A stretch of 64,000 bases of DNA from Clostridia bacterium (GTDB lineage: Bacteria; Bacillota; Clostridia; Oscillospirales; CAG-272). A program made the translations under genes and the position numbers. The notes beneath the pieces were generated by a model. That model did not search any database and was not told the origin of the DNA. It saw only the letters and a program-made list of their open reading frames with translations. The stretch lies in the NCBI GenBank assembly GCA_017451735.1, contig JAFTNU010000005.1, positions 2,611 to 66,610 on the forward strand. The letters are read 5' to 3'. This document shows positions 62,650 through 64,000 of the stretch, piece after piece. Each line of letters starts with the position of its first letter. Within the stretch, counting starts at the first letter, position 1.

Positions 62650-64000
62650 TTGCAAGCCGAAGAGATCCGTAAGAATTTATTGGAAAAGGCAAACAGTCTG
62701 CCCCTGACGCCCGGCGTTTACCTGATGAAAAATGCCGACGGTAAGATCATCTACGTGGGTAAATCCCGCAAGCTCAAGAATCGTGTGTCCCAATACTTCC
62801 AAAACAGTGTCAAGCATATCAAAACCGCCCGTATGGTGGCGTCGGTGGCCGATTTTGACTATTTCCTTTGCGATACCGAGATCGAGGCTCTGGCTCTGGA
62901 AAACACCCTGATCAAGCAGTATACTCCAAAATATAACATCCGATTGAAGGATGCCAAATCCTACCCTTATATTAAAATCACGGCAGAGGACTACCCCCGC
63001 CTGGAATTTACCCGCACGCGCAGTGCCGACAAAGGACGCTACTTCGGGCCTTATTCCGGGGCATCGGTGGCGGGTAGCGTTCTGCACACGCTGCAAAAAA
63101 CGCTCTGTCTGCCCACCTGTAGCCGCCAATTCCCGCGGGATATCGGCAAGGAGCGCCCCTGCCTGTATTACCAGCTGGGACAGTGCTGCGGCGTCTGTAC
63201 AGGGGCGGTGACGCGAGAGGAATATGCCGAGCTCATTCGGTGTGCCACTGAAATTTTGCGCGGGGATACGGCGGCGGCAAGGGCCCGTGTGCGGGCCGAG
63301 ATGGAAAAGGCCGCCGACGAGGAGCGCTTTGAAAAAGCGGCCGCATACCGCGACCGTCTCTTTGCGCTGGAAAAGCTGTCGCAAAAGCAGAAGGTGCTGG
63401 CAGCCCCCGATACCAACGAAGATGTGTTCGGGTTCTACCGTGACGACTACGGGGCCGCCATGTCGGTGTTTTATATTCGCGAAGGTGCCTTGGTCGATAA
63501 ATCCGAGACGGTATTCGGTGGGGAAGAGATCTTGGACGAGGAATCGCTTCTGTCCTTTGTCTATGACCATTATCGTCGCCGTGAGGATATTCCGCCCCGC
63601 GTGCTTCTGTCCTTTGAAGCGGGCGAGGAGGATCTGACCGTTCTTGCCGATTCCTTGAGTGTTACGGCGGGACGAAGGATACAGATCTATACACCGCAAC
63701 GGGGGGACCGCAGAACACGATGCGTTCTTGCCGTGGAGAACGCGCGGGAGCGGGTGCAGGCCGAGCGCCGCGAGAACGAGAAAAGCGACGAGACTCTGGT
63801 GCGCCTGGCCAATCTGCTGGCCCTGGAGGCTCTGCCCGAACGCATCGAGAGCTATGATATTTCCAACCTTGGCAGTGAGCACAAGACCTGCGGCATGATC
63901 GTTTTCGAGAACGGAAAATTCAAAAAAAGCGACTACCGCGTTTTCCGCATCCGGGATGTGGAGGGCACCGATGACTACGCCTCCATGCGGGAGGCACTTG
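62650..64000 (+). CDS. uvrC: Excinuclease ABC subunit C, 3'-truncated by the window edge
   Basis: Missing from the ORF track because there is no stop in the window. TTG at 62650 (or GTG at 62641) follows GGAGGTGA. GIY-YIG motifs PGVYLMKNADGKIIYVGKSRKLKNRV and YNIRLKD, the Cys cluster, the UVR domain (FEKAAAYRDRL) and IESYDISNL are present. Confidence 0.9.
   Translation, partial: MQAEEIRKNLLEKANSLPLTPGVYLMKNADGKIIYVGKSRKLKNRVSQYFQNSVKHIKTARMVASVADFDYFLCDTEIEALALENTLIKQYTPKYNIRLKDAKSYPYIKITAEDYPRLEFTRTRSADKGRYFGPYSGASVAGSVLHTLQKTLCLPTCSRQFPRDIGKERPCLYYQLGQCCGVCTGAVTREEYAELIRCATEILRGDTAAARARVRAEMEKAADEERFEKAAAYRDRLFALEKLSQKQKVLAAPDTNEDVFGFYRDDYGAAMSVFYIREGALVDKSETVFGGEEILDEESLLSFVYDHYRRREDIPPRVLLSFEAGEEDLTVLADSLSVTAGRRIQIYTPQRGDRRTRCVLAVENARERVQAERRENEKSDETLVRLANLLALEALPERIESYDISNLGSEHKTCGMIVFENGKFKKSDYRVFRIRDVEGTDDYASMREAL

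Overview
This 64-kb window is GC-rich, gene-dense core chromosome. The gene content (AddAB, DegV/DAK2, yajC with a YrzE-like neighbour, RecD2-ComFC) suggests a Clostridia/Oscillospiraceae-like Firmicute, but that assignment is inference only. About 55 CDS are supportable and nearly all are housekeeping. They include metK (partial), recD2-comFC, an MreB paralogue, pepD and a complete shikimate/Phe/Tyr gene set. That set is split into an 8-gene minus-strand operon headed by a TetR gene and a plus-strand fakB-fakA-DAHP synthase unit. Further along are mscL, two GH2 glycosidases with an AraC regulator, pgk-tpiA, rbfA-nrnA, a frameshifted MATE gene, addBA, an htrA two-component module, rluA-like, murA and a PadR/DUF4097 pair. 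The window ends with a ThDP-enzyme/SDR pair, yajC, rimM-trmD, a Wzy-like membrane protein with two DUF4330 paralogues, ptsH and uvrC (partial). I found no rRNA, tRNA, CRISPR array, transposase, integrase, phage gene or recognisable defence system, so I cannot point to one clear novel system. The observations most worth a second look are listed below.
- The TetR-centred aromatic/fatty-acid-kinase divergon, with face-to-face promoters and a shared operator.
- A tandem array of covarying tetraloop hairpins at 6843-6950.
- A dispersed double-hairpin repeat family with compensatory substitutions.
- Lineage-specific insertions in AroA and Pgk.
- A stand-alone RRE-like protein next to yajC.
- A signal-less DUF11 protein plus YegP wedged between the GH2 genes.
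- An orphan YerE/YerF-like gene pair.
All functional calls come from reading the translations. No database search was run.
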